Notes: generated by a model not told the origin, from the sequence alone. A stretch of DNA of 62,541 bases, filler included, from Diploschistes diacapsis (GCA_023645945.1; 23 parts of 23 records of this genome joined end to end with filler, not necessarily neighbours in it); one strand, 5' to 3'. Shown: positions 12,211 through 24,386, counted from the first letter of the whole stretch. Numbers and translations are program-made.

Positions 12211-13992
12211 CTAGACGACCCCCTTTGCAAACGAATTTCCATAACTACGCAGCCAAAAAGGGACTCGCTCCTTTGGTTAAAAAGATGAGAAGACAAGCTT
12301 CGTTTGCTTATTAGCCATTCGTGCGACAATCGCGTGCACTTCGTCACGAAACTCAGCATTAGCAGTAACTAAAGAAGTCAGAAGATAATCCTAAAAAGAT
12401 TCAAGTTACAGATACCTGAAAAGAGAATCTTGCCATTAATCTGGCGAAGTTCTTTATCTAACAGTAAGAACAAATCCACCTTAGAATAGAACTTCTTAAT
12501 GCGACTGTGATCACCGTACTCTTTTGAACTTCCGACGCTTGCCTAAGAATTTTTGAAGTCATTAATAACGTAAAGACGTATCCTTAGAATCTAAGACGCT
12601 TTTAATAGAATAGTCTTCCGATCTTGCATCAAGGGTCTTACATAGGAGCCTTCGTCTAGGTCCAGCAGCGCCTACATCCAATCTTGAACCCAGTTCTCGT
12701 TAGCTGTCGTCGCATCAGTTCTCCGAACTTGTAAATAGGATTGTAGTGTGTAAACAACCCACCTTCTCGATCGAGTTGCTAAACGACATACAGTCTCTGA
12801 GTCCGAACTTCTAGCCTTTTGTATCCTTCAACAATGTGCCTGGCTTGCGGGACTTGAGCAGCGATGCCCACTCCCGAAGCGAATAAAAAGACACTTCCAA
12901 AATCGCCAAACGCATCTCCCAAGCCGTAAGGGCCAATAATCCACGTGGATAATCCATCGGTCGCGCCGGCGTAATTGGCGAGATACCTGGAAAAGCCTCC
13001 CCGGATTTGAATAAGAAGCTCGATCTGCTCGGCCTCTCCACGATCGTTGTTCTTCCACCACGTGATGATCACGTAGGGGTGAGTTTGCAAGAAAGACCAG
13101 AAACTGATCCGCGGCACCCACAAATAAATGAACTAACCTACGCTGACCTTGAATGGTCTTGTAGGTCGAATGGTGAGTCGGAGAGCTTCGTCCGAGCGTT
13201 TAATCCCCATAACGGCTCCCATTCTGAACCCGTAGACATTTCTCCACAATGTCCTTATAATCTGAAAAGAAATCGTCACGGCGAAACATAAAAGACCAGA
13301 CGTTAAATAGAGAAGCGATGACCTCGAGCTCAAACTTAGATGCCTAACGAGCGCAGAGGCCGCGGCAGGAGCCAATAAGAGATGGGATTTTGAGACAAAC
13401 TCAAAATAGTGGTTGCGAAAAAATGAAAGAACGAAGATACATGCAATTGGAGCATTTCCCTGTAGGTCAGGTTAGATCCAGTATCCTAAAAGATAGCGTG
13501 ACATACGAGCAATCCAGACAACTGCGTTGTATCCGATGTGGAGAATGGAAAGAGCTGGAGCTGTACGGCAACGTGGACCACGGCTTGTAACAGAGCCATA
13601 ATTCCGAGCGAGCCGTGAACTACGTGAGCACTTCGAGGAGCAAACCCTAAAAGACTAGCCGCTGTAGTCAAACTCCAGAACATAATCGTTAACGCAAAGT
13701 TGATTACAGCGAGAATTCCCGCCCTTTGCCCTGCGGTGGCGAGACTGCTGATGTGAAAGAAGTTATAAACAAGCGTACCTGCCCAATATAGCAGGTTTAG
13801 AAGAACAAACAGTCGAGTGACGGGAGGGAACAGACGGGTACGCTTCAACAAAATGGGATAAACTACATGCTTTGCCAGGGAAAAGCATACACGATAACGC
13901 ATCGATGAAGAAATCCACCTCAGGAGCCTCCAGAGCAATCGAGCTGCGATGCCCATCATAATGCAAGATGAGTAAACGAGGTCCACAAACAT
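12211..13992 (-). pseudogene. Ferric reductase / NADPH-oxidase-like (FRE) protein, multi-exon
   Basis: Transmembrane part with His pair (HVVHG...VVHV), FAD motif QTHPY, NAD motifs GPYG and FASGVGIAA; W-to-TAG stop at 12779-12781 and a TAA near 12277. Confidence 0.8.
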
Positions 13993-14222
13993 GTTGAGAT
14001 GATCGAAGGAAGCTTATCGCATAACCAGAGACTCGATGAAAAGATATATATAAAAGAGGATCCATTTTGCGGACCACTCATGTTCAGAAGCGCGCGACTA
14101 CGTTTGTTAGTCACCATTCTTCTCCATTCGCGTATTATAAGAAGCCAGTCAGTGCTAAAAAGTTTTAAGCTTTTCGTTGCTTGGAGCAGTCTCTTATACA
14201 GTTTTATTAATCGCCACTGACC

Positions 14223-14731
14223 ATGGGTCGAAAAAGAATCGAGTGTCCGCCGCGCCATGATAGAGAGAGAGTTCGAAAAAGTAAAAGTCATCTCTTCCGC
14301 GCGGCCAAACGAATCACTACCTTGGGCGATGTGGATGTGCAGGTTTTGGTTCGTTATTGCGGCACCTTGTATTCATACATTCTAGAGCGCAGAGCGGATT
14401 GGCCTCCAACCGAAACAGATCGCGTAAGTGGAAGGCTTCCCAGCCAAGCGAAGAGATCTGATTCTTTGATCAGGCCAATGCCACTCCCGTCGATATTCAC
14501 GAAAACAGGAGCCAACCCAAAGCCAAAGTCATGCCCGTCTATCCCGAATTACGATCTCCGCCTATCTTGGAACCATCGCCCATTGAAAAAAGCAATGACG
14601 GTTCTCTATCGAGGGAGAAGATGGAAGCTACATGTGGCACCAATGTAATGAGTTTGGAGCAAAGAATATCCGCAACCCAAAGTCGATTTGGATGCAACAA
14701 ACTTATGGCTGAGGAGGTTCTGAGCAGCTAA
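14223..14731 (+). CDS. MADS-box-like protein (2 exons, intron about 14424-14473)
   Basis: MGRKRI...RVRKSKSHLFRAAKRITTLGDVDVQVLVRY.G..YSY...WPP follows the MADS pattern; a gtaagt...cag intron joins it to ORF 14531-14731. Confidence 0.6.
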
Positions 14732-15131
14732 ACCTCAAGTATGTTCAGGCTAGTTCGGAATTCATACATTATATATAGGTTTAACGTCATGACTTTTCAT
14801 TCTTGCAGAGTTCAATTAGCTGCGAAAAGGTCTAACAGAGCCTTGTGAATGCATTTGATGCTATGTGTCTGATCACGTAGCGATGGCACCTTCTAATTTA
14901 AAATGCGCGTGCTTGATTCCGCAGCAATTCCCAACCCAAAAATCAGCAATAAACGGCTATTATGCGCTCGCTCCCTATTTCTGAACCTATCATTTCTTCA
15001 CTAGCGAGAATGTAGCATTGGAGCTGGCTATGGAATCCATTCGCAGGTACCTAATCGTATAATAACATCAATGCACTAAAAAAGACACAGACTCCATAAG
15101 GAGAAACCCCAGCGCTCAAGCCGACCATCCG

Positions 15132-15938
15132 TCAATAATCCGAATCTTGTTCCTCCGCTATGGTGTTAGCCGCCAGGAGCGGCGCCTCTTCTGCATCCTC
15201 TAGACTTTCAGAGCTAGTCTCTTCAGATTCATGGTGCGTGTCGCGTCGCTGGCGCCTTTCCTGTCTATTTTCGAGGGCCTGGAAAAGTTCCAGCTGCGAC
15301 GCCTGATAGAGCATCCTCATCTCCTCGATCTGTTGATAATCTTGCGTAAGGTTTGACTTTAATTCTTCGATTGTCCTTTGAGAGGCGCGAGTATCCCTCT
15401 TATGGACGTCGATACTCCTGTGCAAGGCCTGGTTCTCCATCATCAACGCATCCTTATCCTTGACGAGCGTCGAGATCGTAGCTGAAGCCACGACTTCGCG
15501 ATGGTTGCTTTGCGAAGAGAGTCGCGAGATTTGATCTCTTAGCCCTTCAATTTCCGCGTCAGCATCTTGGAGCCGCTCCTGCAGGTACATCGTTTCTGTA
15601 TAGTCGTCGTCACTTTCATGCGTGAGGTCGATGGCGTTTTCGGTGTTGTTCATCGAATCTCGGTGCATTGGATTCGAGCAGGGCGGTGAGACGGTCCGGT
15701 TACGGCGGTATCCTTCAAGCTGCTGCGATAAGTTTCTAACCGTTTGCCAAAGATCGTCGCTCGATGCCTGCAGTCTTTCCGCTCTGTCGAACGATTGAGT
15801 GACCCGACGCCAAGTCTCGTTGAGCAGCTCTACGTCAGACCATGAGTTAAAGGATCTGGGCTGCTTTGAGTCGTCAATGCAGGTTGGCTCATATTTTTGC
15901 GCAGGACTCGCGCTGGGTTGTAGTATGGGTCGATTCAT
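15132..15938 (-). CDS. Coiled-coil hypothetical protein
   Basis: Intact ORF of about 268 aa, heptad-rich (LQERLQDADAEIEGLRDQISRL), with an acidic tail. Confidence 0.65.
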   Translation of the reverse strand: MNRPILQPSASPAQKYEPTCIDDSKQPRSFNSWSDVELLNETWRRVTQSFDRAERLQASSDDLWQTVRNLSQQLEGYRRNRTVSPPCSNPMHRDSMNNTENAIDLTHESDDDYTETMYLQERLQDADAEIEGLRDQISRLSSQSNHREVVASATISTLVKDKDALMMENQALHRSIDVHKRDTRASQRTIEELKSNLTQDYQQIEEMRMLYQASQLELFQALENRQERRQRRDTHHESEETSSESLEDAEEAPLLAANTIAEEQDSDY

Positions 15939-16086
15939 CGTGGAACTCAAGACGAGACTCAAGGTGCGTGTAACCGAAGTAAGGGCCGAAAAAGTCGATT
16001 AGCGATCACATATTGACCGAAAGATCAAGAATCATATGAGTTTTTATATTCCTCTTGCTGCTATTATTGGATTCAAAATGCAGCGC

Positions 16087-16705
16087 CTACTGAGATAACG
16101 GGCTGTTGTTATGCCCATGACCGGCGGCGGCCACGGTGGCCATATGCCGCACTTCAGCCAGACTCGCATCATGCCCAGATAACCGCCGAAAATACTCGCC
16201 CGCGCTGAAACCATTCAAGCCGAATGTTATCAGATCACACCTGTCCTTCAGCTGCACGTCCCACTCACCACTCTGACGTAGTGCATGCCAAATCGTTGAA
16301 GGAAGCAGTACCGTTGATTCCTCTTGCCACGTATCACAGTCATTGGCCGACGCTGCATCAGGCACGGTGCAGCTGCCAGTCTGATGTTCAACAGGGTCCT
16401 GGTTCTGCATCCCGCCGGACGTGGCTCGCTATAATGGTTCAGCGTAGCTCGCAAGCTTTCGGACGTATACTTACAATCTTACGAACCTCGTCCTGCACCA
16501 AAGCAGGCTGGTGCGTATGGAGGTATGCCCATTGTTCCTTCACTGACCAGAGCGATCGCGACCGTCCAACCTTTGCTGCGTTGAATCGAGCGTTGACCTC
16601 GGTCCAGGTCTCACCGGGATTGCTGAGCCGAGTCCGCACAAGTAAGCGCCTTTCGGTCTCGGTCCAGAGGACCAAAGGTCGTTTAGCCCTTTTCGGGGAT
16701 GCCAT
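16087..16705 (-). CDS. Myb/SANT-like DNA-binding protein (2 exons, intron 16429-16486)
   Basis: Three regularly spaced Trp: WTETERRLL...WTEVNARFN...RSLWSVKEQW; a gttcgt...tag intron joins in frame to ORF 16087-16410. Confidence 0.7.
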
Positions 16706-17356
16706 TGACGCACGTAGCAATTGAAGGTAAGTCTTTTTTTACATTACAATAAGATGATTGCGTGTATCCTGCACCGCATCTTATACACATCATGCGACGG
16801 TGGTGGGTAGTAGCGAACGAACCCGTTTGTAGCGGAGCTGAGTCGTGTTGAGAGCGTAAATGTTGGTACGCAATGAATGCAGCCCAGACGATCCACTTAT
16901 GATCACATCGCTAAGTGGAGCTACTGCGCAATATTGGCCGGCCGTCTTGCCTGCCTGGGTTACGCTGATCATGATTTTCGCGCCTGATCACACCACTGAG
17001 GGCGGAATACATCCCGCTTGCAGCGCCTTCACCTCGCAAATGCAACTTCAACCCACTCATGAAAGGTATAAGTTTTCTTGACAAGCTCCTGAGACACGTT
17101 CGATGATGGGTGAACCCGCTTGATGCACCTCAGATCTCGATGCGATGGGGGTTCTACAAAAGTCTTCCCCTCTTTGGCGAGTCGCTCTTGAGGCTGGGCT
17201 AAGTGCCGCAGGATCATGATTCCCCCCCTTGGTGGCCAGCAAGCTATAATAGACCCGAGGATCCAGCCTGTGCAGATCTCGCTCTCTCGACCGAACAAGG
17301 CAACTCAGAACCCTCTGAACGCAACCGAAGACTCATTTAACTTTTTCACTTACCTC

Positions 17357-17912
17357 ATGGATCCATTCATGTTGAGTGACCAACCTTCTGATTGGCAGGA
17401 TGACAGCGATTTCTGGGCCGAGATGTTGAAAGGTGACTTCGCAGACCAGATGCTCTCTTCCGACTTTCCTCCTAGTATGCAGCATGGTTTCCTTGATCCC
17501 CTTGATTCAACGAGTCAAATAGACTTGGCCGAAGCATCGTCCAGCAGTCACAGCTTCGAGAGAGCCGTATGCTGCTGCATGCAAGGTCACGCCGCTCGGT
17601 CAGCGCAACGATCTGGAACCGAGAATGAGATGCAACTTGGAGAGAGGGCGGACGTTAACTCCTTGAACAACTTTGAGCTAGACGATAGTCAGCCCCGTCG
17701 GTTATTGGCTCTGGAAAATGAAGTGAAGGCGCTAAAGGCCACCCTGGAGTCTACCCAGACGTTCGTATCGTGATTGCGCTTTGACAAAATCATGGCCGCT
17801 AAGAAATTACAGAACAATCAGGCGCCTGCAAAATTATATTAAGGAAGTTCAACCGTGGATCGTAGAGGTCGCAGAGGTCGTGCGAGGTAGAAAACCGACT
17901 GCTGGCGTATAA
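17357..17912 (+). CDS. Acidic N-terminus plus coiled-coil hypothetical protein (intron 17761-17812; may start at 17216)
   Basis: Spliced C-terminus RLLALENEVKALKATLESTQTTIRRLQNYIKEVQPW; D/F/W-rich N-terminus. Confidence 0.55.
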
Positions 17913-17948
17913 AGAAGGGGGAAGGGGAGTTGGCTGCTGAGGCTTCCT

Positions 17949-18323
17949 ATGTGCATCTTATTACTTTTTTGTCTGTCATCTATGATGGCGCCTCGATGGA
18001 CTGACGATGAAATTGCGGTTATTGTTTACTTTAGATCGAGAGGTTTCAGCATCCCAGAATGTACAGAACTACTTGAGAAAAGGGGTAAATCCAGAACCGT
18101 GACGGCAGTGGCGCAGAAGCTGGTGGAGCTTTCGCAGGCTCACTCCTTGAGTAACGAGGATAGGGAATGGTCCATCGAAAACTGCGACCGTTATATAGGC
18201 ACACTGCGTGTTTATGATAAGTCTGAGCTTCTGTCGCTTAGCGAAGACGAGCGGCTTCTTCTCGAGGTACCTAATAATGCGTTATATTATTCTCGTCTTA
18301 ACGTCTCTTAGCGCCAAGCTTAA
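17949..18323 (+). CDS. Small Myb/SANT-like HTH protein
   Basis: PRWTDDEIAVIVYFRSRG...KSRTVTAVAQKL; probable short terminal intron gtacct...tag. Confidence 0.6.
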
Positions 18324-18476
18324 ATATCAGACATTTAAGGATTGCGTGTGATTATTTTGCGCGAGGATTTGAAGTGCGCGCATTCAGTTTGAAGTTTGTT
18401 ATATTGCCTTTGTCCTTTGTCCAGAGTATGAGACTCTCAGCTTTTTCTGCTCCACAGACCTTCCTTGCATTTAGAC

Positions 18477-19607
18477 ATGCAAACACAATCGCCTCTGGTC
18501 ATTCTGCTTTGCTGTTTGGCGCAGCTCGGGGGATCGATAACTGAAGGCAGTCTCACAGGATGGGGAGCCCTGCAAGTTAATTGTCCACAACAAAGCTCTC
18601 AGCTCTAACATAGACGCAGTGATCAATCGTCAATCGAGTTCCAATTGACCTATGAGGTCGAAGGAGCGAGTTCGGCTCCCTCTTGGCCGATGCCAACGCA
18701 GATGTCGCCTCCGTCAGTGCCGGTCACTGAGCCCGTGGGCATTCCAGCAACATCGTACCTGGCAACTCCGACTGTGCTGCTATCAAGCACAACAAATGGA
18801 TTGTTTCAAAGTGCCGCGAGCTCGACGTCGTACGGCGGGATCCAGCCCGCTGCTACTTCCGCTGCGTCAAGCGGAGCATCCATCCCCGTCGCAGTGGGAG
18901 CCTTCATGGATCCTCTTTCCAACAAGACCAAATTCGAGTTTCGACCGAACAATGTCACGGCTCGCGTTGGCGACTTTATTGTCTTCAACATGCTTGGGCA
19001 ATCTCATTCTGTCACGCAGTCCTCTTTCGACAGTCCATGTCAGAGCCTAGGTATTTTCGACACCGGTCTTTCTCCAAACCCACTTAACGCAAGCAATGCG
19101 GTCTTGAAGTCCTTCCGGGTATACACGAACGAACCGCTGTGGTTCTACTGCAAGCAGAAGGGGCATTGCCAAAAGGGAATGGTCTTTTCGATCAACCCCG
19201 AGTCCAATGCCCAAATGGAATCTTTCGTCAACAAGTCCAAGCTGGATCAAGACAGTGGCAGCGCCAACATGTCTACGGCGCTTACGTCGACTACGTCGGC
19301 TACGTCTGCAGTCGTCACAGTCTTCTCTACCGCAATCGGTTCGGGAACATGCACCGCGTCAGCTCCGTCATCCAACGCTTGCTTGTCCGCGGTTCCCGGG
19401 CTGGGCTGGAACGCGAGCACACCGGCCTCTGGAAAAACGCCCCCTGCTCCAACAAGTCCAATCGCAGGTCCCAGCATGAATGTTTCTACTAACATTGCAT
19501 CGAGCATTTTCTCGGTGCCTACGGGCCACGTTTCAGGAGCAAGAAGGCTGGCTGCACCCACGCTCTACTTCCTAGGAGGGTGCATTATCTTGTGCATCAA
19601 CACTTAA
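18477..19607 (+). CDS. Secreted, GPI-anchored Ser/Thr-rich cupredoxin-like protein
   Basis: Type-1 copper ligands HSVTQSSF...WFYCKQKGHCQKGMVF; hydrophobic N-terminus joined through a predicted GC-AG intron starting at 18572; GPI-like C-terminus SGARRLAAPTLYFLGGCIIL. Confidence 0.8.
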
Positions 19608-20313
19608 TGTTTTGCATCGATTGACGTCATTGCTTGCCTTTCTTCTACTGTTAAGGGACTGTGAGTGAGTCGGGTTAAGTAATCAGGCGTTATAACTTAC
19701 TTCTTGATCTTTTTGAATAGAGTAGTAACGACCTTCAGCAAGTTTGGGCCATGTGGCTGCGGTTTGTTATTATGCATTTATTAACATTGTTTTGAATTTG
19801 CGACTGGGCTGGCACTCCTTGTACTGATAGTCTGAATTCTTTGTAGGTTCATACGAAGGTAGAAAGCGGCTAAAGGGACAATGAAATTCTTTCTTGGAGT
19901 AACTGTTGTTGTGTACGCGGAACCCCGCTAACACCGCTTACCCCACTGCCAGAACAAATGCCTTGCACCCTACCTTTCTTTAGCCTTGCCGGCGGCTGGC
20001 TTCAATTTCGCGTTTTGAAGCACCTTAACAGCAGCAGCAGGGACCTCTGATCATGCGTTATTTTAAAGTAATCGTATATTGAAGATACTTTAATACAATT
20101 ATCAAAATTTTACACTTAAAGGTGCTTCAAGTGTTATTCTACATGTGTAAAGTGGTAATTACTGAACAATTTTTTAATTTCACATATACTTCCTGTAACT
20201 TTGCGCATCTAACATGCCTGGCCATCATCGATTTTGGAAAAAATGAAACCCTTTAAAATTCTGGTTCCCCATAATTTCGCTTTATCTTTAACGCATGATC
20301 AGGAACCAAGGAT

Positions 20314-21453
20314 TTAAAGGCTTGAAATATCACAAACTTGGTGGTTCCGATACCAGCAGCGCTCGACGATCAGAATACGAGGGATCAAGCAACGGGGAGT
20401 TTGGGATATCTTGAGGAATGGATGCTTCCGCCACGTATTAGCTTCTATTTGCCCATTCGGCGCGGAATTACCTGAAGAAGGACGTCTGGCCTCGAAAGCT
20501 CTTTCAATTGCTGATAGAAGGATTTTAAGTCGTCATCCCAAGCTTTACCCTGGAGGTTAAAAGGACTATCAGCATCCTCGTGCCCAGGATCCATCATGCT
20601 TTCCAGCATCTCCCTCAGGCTGGATACGTCTGTCTCCGTGTTGAGCTGATGCTCAATCATGCTGGTACCGATATTTGCTGAACCCACTGTTAGCTAAGCA
20701 TGTTTGGTTTATTCCTGGACCCACCTAGCTTAACGTTTGCTTCGACATCCAACATTACGTTCCCGGCGCTCAGCGCTCCATGCGAGATTTTGAGGACAGT
20801 ATGTACGTATCGAAGACCTCGCAGAACCTGCTCCGGGTCAGCCTAGCAAGTATACGCCGTGACATTGCTACCTCCTTGCAGATCGCGGCGATCTCAAAGG
20901 GCCGCAAGTGCGGGCCCGGCATGACCTGAATCGCTGCCAGAGGAACCGACGTCGGCTCATAAACGAAATAAAAAGCGCCTTCAGAGTGAAAAGCCTCTTT
21001 GAGGGCGACGACGTTGGGATGTTGACAGGAAATTATTCGGTCTGGGCGACATTCGCCAAGCAAGCGTCGAATTGCCACCACAGAACGTGTCGAACTGCGT
21101 CCGTGGGCCACTGTGACCTGTCCAGCTTGGTCTTCGGTCAGCACCGGCTTATACTGATTCCAGGGATCTTCGAGCCGAACAATATCAGAGCGGTGTTCTC
21201 TGTGCGTGGCTTGGACGTCATAACGATGGAGTTCGGCCTGCTGCGGAAGTGATCGTCCAACGGCGCGCTTCTTCGGTGACGACTCCGATGCAGCTGGCAA
21301 GGCCAAGGGTTCAATGGGGCTCTTGGCTGGCGAAACAAAGAGGTCTGGAGAGGGATCTCGCTCTTTACGCTTTGCCGGAAGCTGGAGGTCCTGGAGTCGA
21401 TTACCTGGAAAACAAGTTCGTCGGCGTTCCATTGCATTCACACGCACGAGCAT
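20314..21453 (-). CDS. Protein kinase-like pseudokinase (about 4 exons)
   Basis: VVAIR, QHPNVVALKEAF, FYFVYE, EIAAICKE/VLRGLRYVH...HGALSAGNVML, ANIG, HPFL. Confidence 0.75.
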
Positions 21454-21536
21454 ATATATACGAACAAATATGTAAATCGAAAAGACACAAGGTTTTATAT
21501 AAGAACTCTAACCCCTCTCCGGCGCTTAAATAATGT

Positions 21537-21896
21537 CTAAATTAAAACGACGTCGTCGGCGCTTCCAAGACCCCACTGGTTCAGTACGTCACACTCCGCA
21601 AGCGCGAGCCTCGTAGACAGGTCTTGCAGCGCAGTCTTCTGCTGCTCAAAGATCTTTGTCATTTGCTCCCAAAACACCACCATCGCTTGCACGGTCGACT
21701 TGAGGTGTGCGATTTCCTGTCGAAGTAGACCGTTTTCTCGAACCAGTTCGATCAATCTAGTTTTTTCGTCTTTCGATTGCTGGTCTTCGAACTTTTGAGC
21801 TTGAACGAAGTCCTTGAAATAAGCAGCTCGAGGAAAAGGTATTCCCGCTCGTTCCATGATTGATTCCACTCGCGTGATTTCAGGTGGAGAGTTCAT
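21537..21896 (-). CDS. Small coiled-coil hypothetical protein
   Basis: Intact 119-aa ORF (LVRENGLLRQEIAHLK), 83 bp upstream of and co-oriented with the pseudokinase. Confidence 0.65.
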   Translation of the reverse strand: MNSPPEITRVESIMERAGIPFPRAAYFKDFVQAQKFEDQQSKDEKTRLIELVRENGLLRQEIAHLKSTVQAMVVFWEQMTKIFEQQKTALQDLSTRLALAECDVLNQWGLGSADDVVLI

Positions 21897-22262
21897 CGTT
21901 GGGACTGTCAGCCTAAGAATTGGTAGAGGGAGGATGAAAGCAACCTTGTCTCAATACTCTTCTTTCGTGTTCTTTCAGACGCTTCTCAATGGAATTGGAT
22001 GCTTATGCATACTTTCACTTATTTTTTCTTCTCCTCTTATCTCTTTACTTTTTGCGCCGCATTTTATTTTGCGACCTTATTTTTTGCGCGGTGGAAAATT
22101 TGGAGTGCTGCCCGTACTCAATTTCCTCCCCTAATTTCTGGCGCAGTATGATAGAAAATGATTAAAGGGCATGCATTCCTTAATTCTTATCGCATGATTT
22201 CGTTAATACCCGTCAATGATATTTAATACATTACACTTTTAATAGCATCGACTTACATCATT

Positions 22263-23765
22263 ATGCCACCTAAAGTGCCTGACGGTGTCATCACATCCAA
22301 ATGGCGGAGTGGTGATGGTGATAAGGGCAGAGATGGAACGAGCGACATTGAGGAAGATGAAGAAGGAAGTAATATGGAAATCGATCAAAATGAACAGCAG
22401 CAGCGTGAAGCTTTCCTCGCCCAAGGTCATACGTCAAAACGAAAGATGGATCCACCAAGGGGACCCATGAAACAGGCTTTGGAGATGGCAAAGAGCAACT
22501 TCGGGTCGTTTTGGGAGGATGGAGGTGCGAAGCTGCCTCAGAAACTCCGGAAAAAGCTTCGCGAGAAACTCAAACATTCACCCTACACGCCGCCATTTGC
22601 AGAAATGGAGCAGCTCAAGCGCGATGCGGTCAAGCTCGTCAAAGAAGGGCCCAACGACCTGAAAAATTGGCACGAAGCCTACCAGAAAGCCAGCCACTTC
22701 ACCCAAAAGATCATTCAATCGGGCCTCGAAGGATTCAACATATCCCCACCCGATGGCTGGCTCGAGAAAGCCACAGGACAGAAACCTCCTAAGTCCGATG
22801 CGGAGGCTGTCCCATTGTCTGGAGATACCGACGAAGACAGCAATGGATCCAGCGATTCCGAAAGCTCGGCGGATTCTGACGAGGTTGGGAAAAGCGATGA
22901 CGAATTCGATGCAGATGCGAGCGACACCATCGAAGCCTTGGCCGAGGCGAGCGGAGCGCAGCTGCCCTTATCTTCCGAAGGGGATAAGATCCTGGCCTAT
23001 TCTGCTCGGGGCAACGTTTGGGAGGTTTTGGTGAAGCAAGGCGGGGACGACAATGTCAGATACAGGATGATGCCCGCCAACGGGGCGAAAGGTTTCAGCA
23101 AGCGGAACCCTGTACAGCAAAACCTTGCAGAGGGCCAGAGAGGTCTAGAATTGAATCCGGACCGCAGCATGGTTTGGAAGTCAACCGACGTAAAGGCAAT
23201 CAAGGGGGTGGCTTGGAAGGAAAGCGGCGATTCCGAAAATCCGCTCGACGACATGTTTCCTGGAAGAGAACAAGAGGATCGCTTTCCCGTGACCCGAGTC
23301 TACATTGAATGGACTAACAACAAGAAAACCTGGGAGACGCGGACGACCGTTCGAAAATTGTATAGCAAAAACATTACCGATAAACTGATCTACCAGCGTG
23401 CTGGAATCGCAGAACAACGATGGCGCCGTGACAAAGGTCTCGACCCGATTCGGGTGCAAAAGATGCAGGTCGGCGACGAAGCACCTACTACGTCAACGGT
23501 GGGTGGCTCCGTCCGATGGGCGCCACTGAGTACTGGGGAAAGAAGCTATCGATCAAGAAGTACGCGGGCTGCAAGCACTCGGACGTCAGTCACCCGGGCC
23601 TCACGCCCGTCCAACGATACCCTCCGTGAACTCGAAATCAATGCCCGATTTGAAACAATCGAGCAACAATTTATACAATTTTCGAAAGATACTGCCAGCA
23701 TTATACGCAAAGAATTACAAGCAACATTACGATCCGAACGCAAGAAATCGGCGAAGAAGGGCTAA
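22263..23765 (+). CDS. 500-aa hypothetical protein with an acidic tract and a chromo/chromo-shadow-like motif
   Basis: Longest intact ORF in the window; IKGVAW...TRVYIEWTNNKKTWETRTTVRKL; basic C-terminus (ERKKSAKKG). Confidence 0.75.
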   Translation: MPPKVPDGVITSKWRSGDGDKGRDGTSDIEEDEEGSNMEIDQNEQQQREAFLAQGHTSKRKMDPPRGPMKQALEMAKSNFGSFWEDGGAKLPQKLRKKLREKLKHSPYTPPFAEMEQLKRDAVKLVKEGPNDLKNWHEAYQKASHFTQKIIQSGLEGFNISPPDGWLEKATGQKPPKSDAEAVPLSGDTDEDSNGSSDSESSADSDEVGKSDDEFDADASDTIEALAEASGAQLPLSSEGDKILAYSARGNVWEVLVKQGGDDNVRYRMMPANGAKGFSKRNPVQQNLAEGQRGLELNPDRSMVWKSTDVKAIKGVAWKESGDSENPLDDMFPGREQEDRFPVTRVYIEWTNNKKTWETRTTVRKLYSKNITDKLIYQRAGIAEQRWRRDKGLDPIRVQKMQVGDEAPTTSTVGGSVRWAPLSTGERSYRSRSTRAASTRTSVTRASRPSNDTLRELEINARFETIEQQFIQFSKDTASIIRKELQATLRSERKKSAKKG

Positions 23766-24249
23766 AACCCTTAAAGAGGAAGCACCATAGGCCGCCATAA
23801 ACCACGATTTCATTTATCGTTTTGTTCCTTTTTCTCCATTCCAGTAGAGTTTAATCGTTCGTTCTGTTTCCTTAGAATCATATGACACCTTTCTCGTGCT
23901 TTAACATTCGCTTTCGAGTTTAACATAGATTAATCTATAGTCTTAACAATTAATTTTGCCTATCTCATCCTTACACTCATATATTTGTGTTCTGAAACGC
24001 TATTTACAACAATTACCGTATAACCTTTAACTTTTTAGTAGGACCCGTCGCCGTGAAGGATGTCTAATAATAGCCGTAGATTTGCTCAAGCTTGAGCCCA
24101 GAAACTTCATGAAAGCTACTGCCATGATCGAGGTTTTCGAACTAAGTTATTATGTCGGCGCTGTCAAGAAGAACTCAGCCGATTCGTGGCATATAAGATG
24201 CGCACCAGCATAATTTCGAAGGGAAAGAGTTAATAGTTTTCCAATGTGA

Positions 24250-24386
24250 TCATGAGTGGGAAAGCGGATCGCAAGCACGGAATAGTCTCCGTTGATATAA
24301 GCGGTAGATGATCTCGGCGCCGTTCATGAGTGTAAGCACGGTGTACTAAATTACTGAAACTCTGGATCATGAGTGAATCATGGGTG
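24250..24386 (+). promoter_or_regulatory. Cluster of TCATGAGTG motifs upstream of the 24562 gene
   Basis: Exact copies at 24250, 24324 and 24367; near-copy TCATGGGTG at 24378. Confidence 0.35.
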
